Shown in pieces: positions 9,397 through 18,973 of a stretch of DNA of 64,000 nt (positions within the stretch are counted from its first letter, which is position 1; each line of letters opens with the position of its first letter). The DNA lies in the NCBI GenBank assembly GCA_963729175.1, contig CAVSMY010000011.1, positions 151,926-215,925 of the forward strand, written 5' to 3'. The notes under the pieces were generated by a model. It was not told the DNA's origin and made no database searches. It saw only the letters and a list, made by a program, of their open reading frames with translations. Source of the DNA: an uncultured Chloroflexia bacterium (lineage in GTDB: Bacteria > Chloroflexota > Limnocylindria > Limnocylindrales > CSP1-4). The position numbers were made by a program, and so were the translations under genes.

Positions 9397-10706
9397 GCGG
9401 ACCGGACCGACGCGACCACGGGTGCCGTCGGGGACGGCATCGGCATCGGGCGGCTGACGGTGGCCCCGAGACCGCCGGGCACGCGGGCCCGCAGCCAGAG
9501 GGCCGCGCCGACGCCGACGACGAGCGCTGCGGCGCCGCCGACGATGAACGCCACCGCGACGCCGGCCGCCGAGGCGATCGAGCCGGCGATGAGCCCACCG
9601 ATCGGGCTCGAGCCGGCGAAGACGGTGGTGTGGACGCTGATCACCCGGCCGCGCAGGCCTTCCGGAGCCGCGAGCTGGATCGTCATGTTCGAGCTGACCG
9701 CCATCGCGATGCCGCCGGCGCCGGCGAAGAACAGCAGGACCAGGGCGACCGGGTACGACGTCGTGAAGCCAAGGGCGAACACGCACGCCCCGATGAGCAG
9801 CGCACCTGCCACGATGACGATCGGCCGAGGCCGTCCGAAGGCCAGCCAGACCGCGGCGATCAGGGATCCGACGCCCGTCGAGGCCATCAGGAACCCATAG
9901 CCCTCGGGCCCGGTGTCAAGGACGTCCTTGGCGAAGGCCGGGACGAGGACGTTGAAGTTCATGGACGCGGTCGCGACGAGCCCGACGACGGTCACCGCCA
10001 GGAGCACGATCGGGGTCCGGCGGACATAGGCCAGGCCCTCGGCAAGGGAGTCGGCCACCTCGCGGGCCGTGTGCGGGCGCTCCAGGATCGGAGAGGGTCG
10101 AAGCTCGGAGTCGCGCATCGCGACGAGCGCGGCGATGACGGCGATGAAGCTGAGACCGTTGAGCAGGAAGGCGAGCTCGACGCCGAAGGCCGCGATGACG
10201 ACGCCCGCGACGGCCGGGCCGACGATCCGGGCCGCGTTGAACATGGCGGCGCTGAGGGCCACCGCGTTCGCGACGTCTGAGCGGCCGACGAGCTCGATCG
10301 CGAACGACTGGCGGACCGGCATCTCGATCGCGTTGAGCGTCCCGAGCAGGAGTGCCAGGACGAAGACCATCCAGACCTCGATGCGGCCGGTGGCGGTCAG
10401 GCCGAACAGGATGAAGGCGAGGGCCATCATCCCGATCTGGGCCCACAGCAGCGTCGGCTTCTTCGGCAGGGCGTCGGCGACGAGACCCCCGAACAGCCCG
10501 AGCACGAGGACCGGGGTGAACTGGGCGACCGCGATGAGGCCGAGATCGAAGGGGTTGCCGGTCAGCGTCAGGACGAGCCACGACTGGGCGACGGCCTGCA
10601 TCCACGTGCCGACGAGCGACAGACCCTGACCCGCGAAGAAGAGGCGGAAGTTCCGGTGGCGGAAGGCCCGCAGGCCATCGGGCAGACCCTGCGGCCGGGC
10701 GGTCAT
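9318..10706 (-). CDS. MFS transporter (EntS/MFS_3-like)
   Basis: ORF 9318..10706. FRHRNFRLFFAGQGLSLVGTWMQ followed by about 12 hydrophobic segments. The last ~25 codons overlap the 3' end of the KAS gene, so the true stop is uncertain. Confidence 0.85.
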   Translation of the reverse strand: MTARPQGLPDGLRAFRHRNFRLFFAGQGLSLVGTWMQAVAQSWLVLTLTGNPFDLGLIAVAQFTPVLVLGLFGGLVADALPKKPTLLWAQIGMMALAFILFGLTATGRIEVWMVFVLALLLGTLNAIEMPVRQSFAIELVGRSDVANAVALSAAMFNAARIVGPAVAGVVIAAFGVELAFLLNGLSFIAVIAALVAMRDSELRPSPILERPHTAREVADSLAEGLAYVRRTPIVLLAVTVVGLVATASMNFNVLVPAFAKDVLDTGPEGYGFLMASTGVGSLIAAVWLAFGRPRPIVIVAGALLIGACVFALGFTTSYPVALVLLFFAGAGGIAMAVSSNMTIQLAAPEGLRGRVISVHTTVFAGSSPIGGLIAGSIASAAGVAVAFIVGGAAALVVGVGAALWLRARVPGGLGATVSRPMPMPSPTAPVVASVRSAQASTLPNTSAAFRPPNPNEVESTRP

Positions 10707-10752
10707 CGTCCGTCACCGGCAGGGACGGAAGGCACGTCCCGAGTCTATCACA

Positions 10753-10780
10753 ACCTTGACGTTGACGTGAATGTCAAGGT
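10753..10780. promoter_or_regulatory. Inverted repeat ACCTTGAC-N12-GTCAAGGT, candidate operator/promoter upstream of the MFS gene
   Basis: Perfect 8-bp arms at 10753-10760 and 10773-10780 in a locally AT-richer stretch, 47 nt upstream of the MFS start (10706). Contains TTGAC hexamers. Confidence 0.4.
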
Positions 10781-10820
10781 GGGCCGGGCCGGGCGACATG
10801 GCGGGCCGGCGACGGCAGCC

Positions 10821-11210
10821 TCAGGCCGGGACCGCCGCTCCGCATGACGGCAGCTCGGTGAACCGGCCCGGCGGGAAGATGCCCGAGACGGTGACGACGA
10901 CGCCGTCGTGGTCGACTGTCGGCCAGCCGAGCAGCCGGCCATCCACGGTCGTCAGCCGATATCGGTCGTAGGGGAACGGGACGACGACCATCTCCGTGCA
11001 CGGCGGGACCTGGATCAGGGCCGCGGTGCCGGCGTCGATCAGGAGCGTGTCGGGGATCCGGTTCCAGATCGTCAGCGCGCCCGGCTGCGCGGTCTGGCAG
11101 CCGCCCAGCATCAGCGCGGCGAGGCTGCCACCGACGATCGCCGCCCGTCGGTCGCGCCGCTCGGCCCGGGGTCGGCGGCTCGCCAGGACTCGGCCGATCG
11201 GCCTGCTCAC
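10821..11210 (-). CDS. Hypothetical lipoprotein
   Basis: ORF 10821..11210. Lipobox LAALMLGGC, high GC3. Starts 3 nt after the deoC stop, so probably co-transcribed. Confidence 0.6.
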   Translation of the reverse strand: MSRPIGRVLASRRPRAERRDRRAAIVGGSLAALMLGGCQTAQPGALTIWNRIPDTLLIDAGTAALIQVPPCTEMVVVPFPYDRYRLTTVDGRLLGWPTVDHDGVVVTVSGIFPPGRFTELPSCGAAVPA

Positions 11211-11213
11211 CGG

Positions 11214-12195
11214 TCAGTCCAGGGTGAAGTCGTCCGGGTCGGCGTAGGCCCCGGTCCGCTCCTTGTCGAGCTGCATCAGGACGTCGTTGAGCAGCGAGCT
11301 CGCCCCGAACCGGAACCGGTCGGGGGTCATCCAGCGCGGGCCGAGGGTCTCGTACAGGATGACGAGGTAGCCGATCGCCTCCTTCGCCGTCCGGATGCCG
11401 CCCGCCGGCTTCATCCCGATCGCCCGCCCGGTCGCCCGCTCGAAGTCCCGGATCGCCTCGAGCATGACGAGGGTCACCGGCATCGTCGCGGCGGGGGTCA
11501 CCTTGCCCGTCGAGGTCTTGATGAAGTCCGCACCGGCGGCCATCGCCAGGACGCTCGCCCGCCGGACGGCGTCATACGTGCCGAGCTCGCCGGTCTCGAG
11601 GATGACCTTGAGGTGGGCCTCGCCGCAGGCATCCTTGACCGCGACGATCTCGTCGAACACGGTCCGGTAGTCGCCCGACAGGAACGCCCCGCGATCGATC
11701 ACCATGTCGACCTCGTCGGCGCCCGCGTCGACGGCCGCGCGGGTCTCGGCGATCTTCAGGTCGAGGAACGTCTGCCCCGATGGGAAGCCGGTCGCGACCG
11801 AGGCCACGTGGACGCCACTGCCGCCGAGAGCCTCGCGGGCCTCAGCCACGAGGGCCGGATAGATACACACCGCCGCGACCGATGGGATCGTCGCGATCGC
11901 CCGGCGACGGATGGATCGCCTTGGCGCAGACAGCCCGGATCTTGCCTGGCGTGTCCTTTCCCTCGAGCGTCGTCAGGTCCATCATCCGGATCGCGAGGTC
12001 GAGGGCCCAGACCTTCGAGGCCCGCTTGATCGACCGCTTCCTCAGGGACTCGACACGGAGCTCGACACCGACCTGGTCGACGCCGCCGACGCGGCCGACG
12101 AGCGCGGCGAGGGAGCCGGGACCGGCGTCCCAGGCGCGGACCAGCTCGTCGGCCCGCTCCCGGGCCGGGCTGTCGGGACGCGCGACGGTGGTCAT
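11214..12195 (-). pseudogene. deoC: Deoxyribose-phosphate aldolase, one frameshift near 11870
   Basis: ORF 11214..11870 holds the core (VATGFPSGQ...EVDMVI...LKVILETGEL...FIKTSTGK...GMKPAGGIRT). The actinobacterial-type N-terminal extension MTTVARPDSPARERADELV...LDLAIRMMDLTTLEGKDTPGKIRAVCAKA is in the ORF 11842..12579 frame (Met at 12195). Confidence 0.85.
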
Positions 12196-12304
12196 GGGAG
12201 GGCGAGGATACACCTGGGTCGATCGCATCCGACCGACCCGACCGGAGCGTATCGAAGGACAGGTGGTCCGGGCACTGCCGCCCGGGACGACGTGGAGGAA
12301 CGGG

Positions 12305-12988
12305 ATGTCGCGACGCACCCTTGCCCGATGGTTGACCCTCGTCCTGGCGACCGCGGCGGCCGCCCTATGGGCGGCGCCGGCCTTCGCCGCCGACCAGACC
12401 GTGACGATCCAGGGCTTCGCCTTCGACCCCGGGACCGTCACCGTGACGGTCGGCGACACCGTGACCTGGACGAACAAGGACGGCGCGAGCCACACGGCCA
12501 CCGCGAACGACGGCAGCTTCGACACGAACGGCATCGGCGGCGGGACGACCGCGTCGGTCACGTTCTCGACGGCCGGCACCTTCGCCTACCACTGCAAGAT
12601 CCACCCTGACATGACCGCGACGGTCGTGGTCGAGGCAGCGGCGGCGAGCCCCAGCCCCGCGGCGAGCCCGAGCCCCGCGGCAAGCTCCAGCCCGGCGGCG
12701 AGCTCGAGCCCGGCGGCGAGCTCGGGCGGCTCGGGCGGCACCGGCGGCACGACCTCGCCGCCCCCGACCGACACGGCGGCCCCGACGCCGGCCCTGAGCG
12801 AGGCGATGCTCGTCAGCCTCCTCGCGCTCGGCCTGATCGGCGCGGCGACCCTGGCGCTCATCGCGCTCCGGCTCCGCCCGGTCGAAGAGAGCGACTCGGA
12901 CTGCCGTCGCCCTCTGGCGCTCAGGCTCCGGCGCGCTCCCGGGGCTTCGGCGGCAGTCGGCGCTCTCCGCGGACGAGGAACCAGGTGA
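12305..12988 (+). CDS. Cupredoxin (plastocyanin/amicyanin-like blue copper protein) with Ala/Ser/Pro linker and C-terminal membrane anchor
   Basis: ATG 12305 with GGAGGA 7 nt upstream. Signal peptide MSRRTLARWLTLVLATAAAALWAAPAFA. Cu-site pattern DGASHTAT...YHCKIHPDM. C-terminal TM LVSLLALGLIGAATLALIAL. GC3 drops in the last ~25 codons and they overlap the peptidase 3' end, so the 3' end is uncertain. Confidence 0.8.
   Translation: MSRRTLARWLTLVLATAAAALWAAPAFAADQTVTIQGFAFDPGTVTVTVGDTVTWTNKDGASHTATANDGSFDTNGIGGGTTASVTFSTAGTFAYHCKIHPDMTATVVVEAAAASPSPAASPSPAASSSPAASSSPAASSGGSGGTGGTTSPPPTDTAAPTPALSEAMLVSLLALGLIGAATLALIALRLRPVEESDSDCRRPLALRLRRAPGASAAVGALRGRGTR
12641..12730 (+). repeat. 18-bp tandem repeat x5 encoding (AAS[PS]SP)n linker
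   Basis: Units gcggcgagccccagcccc, gcggcgagcccgagcccc, gcggcaagctccagcccg, gcggcgagctcgagcccg and gcggcgagctcgggcggc, read directly. Confidence 0.8.
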
Positions 12989-15066
12989 ACCAGTCGCGCA
13001 CCTGGATGAGGTTCTCGCGCCGTCGGAACGGTGTGCCCGACCGGGTCAGCTCGTGCGTCTCGCCGGGGACGCGCATGAACCGGACGGGACGGCGGAGCGA
13101 GCGCAGGACCGTGAACAGCGCCTCGGCCTGGCCGACCGTCGTCCGGATGTCGTTCTCGCTGTGCTGGATCAGGAGCGGCGTCCGGATCTCGGCGGCCCGG
13201 GTGATCGGCGAGATCTCGCGGTAGAACGCGTCGTCCTCCCAGGGCGCCGAGCCGAACTCGAGGCGGGCCCAGTCGCCGGTCGCGATGTCGCCGGTCAGCA
13301 TCAGCATCGTCATGTCACTGACGCTCCGGGCGGTCAGGGCGGCCCGGAAGCGATGGTCGCGGGCGATGATCCAGTTCGTCAGGTAGCCGCCGTATGAGCC
13401 GCCGGTCAGCCCCAGCCGCTCCGGGTCCGCCAGGCCGTCGGCGATGAGGGCATCGACACCCGCCAGGACGTCGCGCGTCGGGCCGTCGCCCCAGTCGCGG
13501 TGGTTCGCCGCGTTGAAGGCCTCGGTGTAGCCGTCCGAGCCGCGCGGGTTGCTCGCGAACACGCCCATGCCGGCACCGGCGAGCATCTGCCACTCGAGCA
13601 TCGGCGCGAAGCCGTAGTGGGTATGCGGTCCGCCGTGGATCTCGGTGACGAGCGGGGCCGGCCCCGCCTCGGCGGCCGCCGGACGCCGGCGGCGCCAGGT
13701 ACCAGCCCTGGATCCGCCAGCCGTCGCTCTCGACCCACCGTTCGACGGGCTCGACGAGGGTCAGCTCGGCGAGGACCTCGTCGTTCAGGGCAGTCCGGCG
13801 CTCGAGCGCGATCGGCTTCCGGACTCGTCCCGCGGGGACGTCGAGGACATGGACGTCGGACGTCGTCGTCGGGCTGGATCGGAGTGCCGCGACCCGCATC
13901 GAGCCCCGCGGCCCCGGGACGGCGTGGAAGGCCGAGACGTAGTGGCGACCCTCGGTCAGCCGCTCGATCGATCCGTCGTCGAGGGCGACGCGCCAGATCT
14001 CGTCGGAGCCGTCGATCGGGGCGATGCGCCAGGACGTGGCCGCTCGGGGTCGGCTCGAGGGACGGTCCCTCGCCCGGCACGATGTCGCTGTTCATCGTCG
14101 AGGCGAACATCCGGTCGTGGCGGGCGGTGAGGTTGCGGCCGCGACCCCGTCCGGCGTCGGACCCGTCGGCCGCGAAGGCCCAGATGTCGGCGCGGGAGCC
14201 GGCCTGCGCCTCGAGGCGACTCCCGAGGGCCAGGACCGTCGTGCCGTCGACGGTCCAGGCCGGGCAGAGGAAGCTTCCGGGCGGGCTGCTGATACGGGTC
14301 TCGCGGCCGGTCTCGACGTCGGCGACGACGATCGACGAGCGGTCGAAGACAGTCCGGGTTCGCGATCGCGCCGGGCGACGTACGCGACTCGCCGCCCGTC
14401 GGGCGACCAGACAGGCGACGACTCGCCGAGCGGCCCGGAGGTCAGCCGACGGGCCTCGCCGGTCGTCGCATCGACGATCCAGATGTGGGCATCCCGGTCG
14501 TCGATGAAGCCGCGACCGTTGAACAGGTAGGTCAGCCGGTCGAGGTAGCGGTAGTCGGATGGCGGGGGTGAGCCGGGGTCGCGCCGCGCGCGGCGCCGGG
14601 CCCGGGCGTCCTCCGCCCGGGTCGCGCCGCGCGAGCTGCTGAGGACCGCGAGTCGACCGCCATCGGGCGACCAGGCGAACCCGTCGACGCCGCGCGGCAG
14701 GTCGGTGAGCCGGACCGCCTCGCCGCCGCCGGGCGGCAGGAGGTGGATCTGGGTCCCGTCCTCGCGATGCTCTGGATCCACGCCCTCCGGCGGGTCCTCG
14801 ACGGTCAGCCGGCGATCCGAGAGGAAGGCCAGGACGCGACCATCGGGCGAGAACCGGGCGTGGCGATCGTGCTTCGCGCCGAGCGTCACCCGGCGGGCCG
14901 GAGCGGAGCCGTCGGCCGGCACGAGCCAGATCGCATGACGGTACTCGTCGCGCTTGGGGGCGGGCGTCTGGACGGTGAACGCGACCCATCGGCCGTCGGG
15001 CGAGAGCTGCGGGTCGATCGGGACCTGGAAGCGGTACAGATCGTCTGGCTCGACGGGTCGGGGCAT
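12921..15066 (-). pseudogene. S9 family serine peptidase (prolyl oligopeptidase / acylaminoacyl-peptidase type), four or more frameshifts
   Basis: N-terminal beta-propeller part MPRPVEPDDLYRFQVPIDPQLSPDGRWVAFTV...WSPDGGRLAV...WSPDGRRVAYV (ORF 14092..15066). Further pieces lie in the ORF 13406..15085 and 13315..13899 frames. The catalytic domain is in ORF 12921..13601 (GLTGGSYGGYLTNW nucleophile motif, LLIQHSENDIR, PGETHEL). Confidence 0.8.
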
Positions 15067-15185
15067 GCGGCCCTCCGGCAGGCAACAGGCGCGGCGCCCG
15101 GCAGCGCCGACGGGGTCAGGACAGGGTCGCCGGCGAGTGTAGCGGCTACCATCGGCGCGATGCGCCTACCGCACCGCGTGGCCCG

Positions 15186-16028
15186 ATGACCGACCAGCTG
15201 ACGCTCGAGCTGGATGCCGCGCTGCCCCATCCGCCCAGCCGGCTGCGGCCGATGCTGCCCCGTCCGGCCGAGCACCCGTTCGACTCTGACGAGCACCTCT
15301 TCGAGCCGACCTGGGGTGGCCGGCGGGCGCTGGCGTTCATCGAGCCGGCGGTCGAGCAGGGCGACGACGGCGCCTGGCGGACCGCCGACGGGCTGCCGAG
15401 CCTCCGGCTGGTCGACGCCGGCGGCCGCGAGCTCGCGGTCCGGCTGCCGGAGCTGGCCGGGCTCGCGCTCCGGGTCGAGGCGCGCTCCGCGGTCCTCGAC
15501 GGCGAGCTCGTCGTCGTCGACGCCTCGGGCCGGCCCGATGGCCCGTCGCTCGAGGCGCGGCTCGGCGGGGCCGCCGGGGGCGACGTCGCCTACCTCGTCT
15601 TCGACCTGCTCGACCTCGATGGCGCACCGCTCCTCGGACGCCCGTTGTCCCGGCGACGCGAGGCCCTCCGGCGCGTCCTGCGGCCGGGACCGGAGGTCGT
15701 GGCGGTGCCGGCGATCCTCGGCGAGGGTCGGGCGCTTCACACGGCCGTCGGGGCCCAGGGCCTGGGCGGCGTCATGGCCCGGCGACGCGACAGCCCGTAC
15801 CTGCCGGGGATCCGGAGTCGGCTGTGGCGATCGATCGCCGCGGGACGGCCGCCGGTAGCCGGGACCGCGACGGCCGGAGGGGACGCTCCCGGGGCACCCG
15901 CATCCGGCCCGCGACCCGAGCCCCAGACGGGCCCCTGGGCCAGCGGCTCTGAGACCGATCGGCCGGTCGGGCCGGCACCGGTCCTGGCGGTCTTCCGGAC
16001 GCTGCCGCTCGACCTCGAGGAGGGCTGA
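15186..16028 (+). CDS. ATP-dependent DNA ligase-like protein (LigC/LigD adenylation-domain homolog) with degenerate catalytic motifs
   Basis: ORF 15186..16028. Ligase-like order of motifs: FEPTWGGRRA (motif I position), LDGELVVVD, YLVFDLLDLDG, GGVMARRRDSPYLPGIRSRLWRSI. The expected lysines are absent (see finding). The C-terminus is a Pro/Gly/Ala-rich tail with no OB-fold-length region. Confidence 0.7.
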   Translation: MTDQLTLELDAALPHPPSRLRPMLPRPAEHPFDSDEHLFEPTWGGRRALAFIEPAVEQGDDGAWRTADGLPSLRLVDAGGRELAVRLPELAGLALRVEARSAVLDGELVVVDASGRPDGPSLEARLGGAAGGDVAYLVFDLLDLDGAPLLGRPLSRRREALRRVLRPGPEVVAVPAILGEGRALHTAVGAQGLGGVMARRRDSPYLPGIRSRLWRSIAAGRPPVAGTATAGGDAPGAPASGPRPEPQTGPWASGSETDRPVGPAPVLAVFRTLPLDLEEG

Positions 16029-16034
16029 CGGGGG

Positions 16035-17334
16035 CTAGCGCGGGGTCCGGGCCGCGGCGATGAACGCCGCGCATGCCGGGGCGCTGGCCGTACAGGAGGA
16101 CACCCGCGCTGTAGACCCGGATCGCGATCCACAGGGCCGCGACGATGCCGGCCACCAGCAGCCCGAGCGACAGCGCGAGCTCCCACGGCGGGACCTGGCC
16201 GACCATGAGCCGGGCGAGCATGACGAACGGGCTCCAGAACGGCACGAGCGAGGCCAGGCGGATCACGGGGCCGGTCGCGCCGCCGAGGGCGGCGATCGCG
16301 ACGAGGTAGCCGGCCATCGAGATGAGGCTGAGCGGCAGCGCCGCCATCTGGAGGTCCTCGGGCCGGCTCACGAGCGAGCCGGCGGCGGCGTAGATCAGGG
16401 CGTACAGCCCGAAGCCGAGCAGGAAGAACGTCAGGAACGCCCCGAGCAGTGGCAGCGACAGGCCGGCCAGCGGCTCCGAGGCCAGGCTCGTGGGCCCGAG
16501 GGCCCAGATCGCGAGCCGGTCCTGCACGAGCAGGATCACGACGGCCGGCGCCAGGATCACCGCGTATTGGGCCAACCCGGCGGCACCGAGCCCGACGACC
16601 TTGCCGATCAGGAGCTGGACCGGTGATGCGGCGCTGACCATCAGCTCCATGACCCGACTGCTCTTCTCGGTGGCGACCCCGGTCGCGACCCACATGCCAT
16701 AGATGATCAGGGTCAGGAAGATCAGGACGACGAAGGCGATCCCGAGGAACGATCGACTGGCGACCGCCGATGGGTCGATCGCCTGGCCGCCCTCGGTCGG
16801 GGCGTTCGTCGGGACGACGTCGAAGGTGGGCGGACGGAAGATGTTCGTCGCGTCGCCGGGCAGGTGCTGCTGCCAGTCGAGGATCGCCGCGGCGAGCGTC
16901 CCGAAGCCGACGAGCTGGGTCTCGCTCGACGCGCCCGTGCCCTGCGTGTGGTACGCGAACCGGAGCCGCCCGTCCGCGTCCCGGGACACGACGAGAGCCC
17001 CGGCGGCCGCCCCCTCCTCGACGTCGGCGACTGCGGTGTCGGCGTCGGTCGCCGCGGTGATGCGGTAGCGCGGCTTGAAGGCGCCGGGGTCGACGCCCGC
17101 GGGCGGCAGGTTCAGGACGCCTTCGAGGGACGCGACGGTGCGAGAGCGGACGGTGTCGTCGGGTGCGACGACGACGATCGCGACCGTCTGGCCCCGATCG
17201 AGGACCCGCAACGCGAGCGGCCCGAGGGCGACGGCCGCGGCGATGAAGGCGAGGACGACCGTCGAGGCGAGGAACAGTCGGCTGCGGACCCGCTCGCGGA
17301 ACTCCCGAGCGGCGACGATGCCCGCGTTCGGCAT
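16035..17334 (-). CDS. ABC-2 type (NatB-like) transporter permease
   Basis: In the ORF 15772..18774 frame from ATG 17334: MPNAGIVAAREFRERVRSRLF, a large extracytoplasmic loop, then 5-6 TM segments (FVVLIFLTLIIYGMWVATGVATEKSSRVMELMVSA). The in-frame stop is only at 15772, after an Arg/Pro-rich tail antisense to the ligase gene. I infer a 3' frameshift near 16075 and the true stop TAG at 16035-16037. Confidence 0.75.
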
Positions 17335-17351
17335 GACCGGGTCGCGGCGGC

Positions 17352-18366
17352 TCACGAGACCCGTCCCGGTCCGTGGACCTCGGTGGCGCTGGCCGGCCGG
17401 CCCCGCGGACGCTCGTCCGGGTCGGTGCCGGCGGGATCGAGCGTCGCATCGTCGTCGACCGGCCGGCCGACACGCTCGATGAAGACCTGCTCGAGCGATG
17501 GCTCGACGATCTCGAACTTCCGGATCGGGATGCCGCGCTCGATCGCGGCGGTGAGGACCGTGTCCGGCTCGATGCCCGGGTCGAGAGCGAGCTCGACCTC
17601 GTCGGCGCCCGGCCGGACGACCCGGACGCCGGGGATGTCGGCGAGCCAGGCGGTCGGCATCGCCGACCTCGGTCCCGAGGCGGACGGCGCGACCGCCGGT
17701 CGAGCGCTTCACCTCGCGGAGCGAGCCCGCGACGACAAGCCGGCCGCGGTCCACGATGGCGACCGCCTCGCAGAGGGTCTCGACCGTCTCCATCTGGTGG
17801 GTCGAGAAGACGAGCGTCTTGCCGCGGTCCCGCAGCTCGAGGAACGCCTCCCGCAGGAGCGAGGTGTTGACCGGATCGAGGCCGGTGAACGGCTCGTCCA
17901 TGAGCAGCACGTCGGGGTCGTGGAGGATCGCCGCGATGAACTGGACCTTCTGCTGGTTTCCCTTGCTCAGCTGCTCGGCCGGACGCTCGGCGAGGTCCGC
18001 GGCATGGAACCGCGCGAGCCACGAGCGCGCCTCGCGCGCGGCCCGATCTCGCGGCAGCCCGTACAGGCGCCCGAAGTACACGAGCTGGTCGAGGACGGTC
18101 ATCCGGTGGTAGAGGCCGCGCTCCTCCGGCAGGTAGCCGAATGTCGAGCGCGGCAGGTCGGCCGTCGGCTCGCCTCGCCAGCGGATCAGGCCCTCGTCTG
18201 CCCGGACGACCCCGAGGGCGATCCGCATCGTGGTCGTCTTGCCGGCGCCGTTCGCGCCGAGGAATCCGAAGACCGATCCCGGGGCGACCTCGAACGCGAG
18301 GGCGTCGAGGGCGAGGACGGAGCCGAAGCGCTTCGTGACGTGATCGACGTGCAGGCCGCTGGACAT
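17352..18366 (-). pseudogene. ABC transporter ATP-binding protein (NatA-like), one frameshift near 17650
   Basis: MSSGLHVDHVTKRFGSVLALDALAFEVAPGSVFGFLGANGAGKTTTMR...LSKGNQQKVQFIAAILHDPDVLLMDEPFTGLDP...STHQME (ORF 15772..18774 frame, ATG 18366). The C-terminal domain WLADIPGVRVVRPGADEVELALDPG...FEIVEPSLEQVFIERVG is in ORF 17352..17660. Confidence 0.85.
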
Positions 18367-18501
18367 CCGGCGCAGCCTAACCGGGATCAGGCATCCCGAC
18401 CACGGGACCACCGGTGGGGCTCCCCTGCCCCGTCGGTCCGGGTGGTCCGCAGCCGGCGCGCCACCAGACCGCAGCGGCCCGACCCACCGTACGATTGGAG
18501 C

Positions 18502-18864
18502 GTGATCGACCCCGCCGACCGGACCCGCCCGCTCCGCATCCACGCCGACCGTGAGGCCGGTACCCTGTTCATCGCCTGGGCCGACGGGCACGAGACCCTG
18601 TTCGACGCGCCGACGCTCCGGTGGCTGTGCCCCTGTGCGTTCTGTCGGGGTGAGATGGGCATGCCGGGCTGGCTCGACAGCGGGCCGACCCTGACCCCGG
18701 CTCAGACGCGTCTGACCGACATCGGCCTGATCGGCCAGTACGCCGTCCAGCCGACCTGGGGCGACGGCCACCACACCGGGTTCTATGCCTTCAGCCTGCT
18801 GCGCGACCGGTGCTCCTGCAGCGAGTGCGTCGCCCGGCGCGCGGCCGCACCGAGCACCGCATGA
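18502..18864 (+). CDS. DUF971 (gamma-butyrobetaine hydroxylase N-terminal-like, Zn-ribbon) protein
   Basis: C-terminal 120 aa of ORF 16864..18864 from GTG 18502: LRIHADREAGTLFIAWADGHETLFDAPTLRWLCPCAFCRGE...YAVQPTWGDGHHTGFYAFSLLRDRCSCSEC. Confidence 0.7.
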   Translation: MIDPADRTRPLRIHADREAGTLFIAWADGHETLFDAPTLRWLCPCAFCRGEMGMPGWLDSGPTLTPAQTRLTDIGLIGQYAVQPTWGDGHHTGFYAFSLLRDRCSCSECVARRAAAPSTA

Positions 18865-18973
18865 TCACGCTCAGCTGGGGCGTCGGCGCACCGGCTCCAG
18901 CCCCTCCTCGTGCTACGATGCCCGGCCGAACGCTGCATCGCGATCGCGCGTCGACAGCCAGGAGCCAGCCCGG

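Noticed and set aside
15772-18774. 1000-aa minus-strand ORF suggesting a fused ABC ATPase-permease
   Set aside because: The ATPase C-terminal domain is in another frame (ORF 17352..17660) with its own stop, and the permease has its own ATG at 17334. The in-frame connection is an Arg-rich artefact created by a frameshift.
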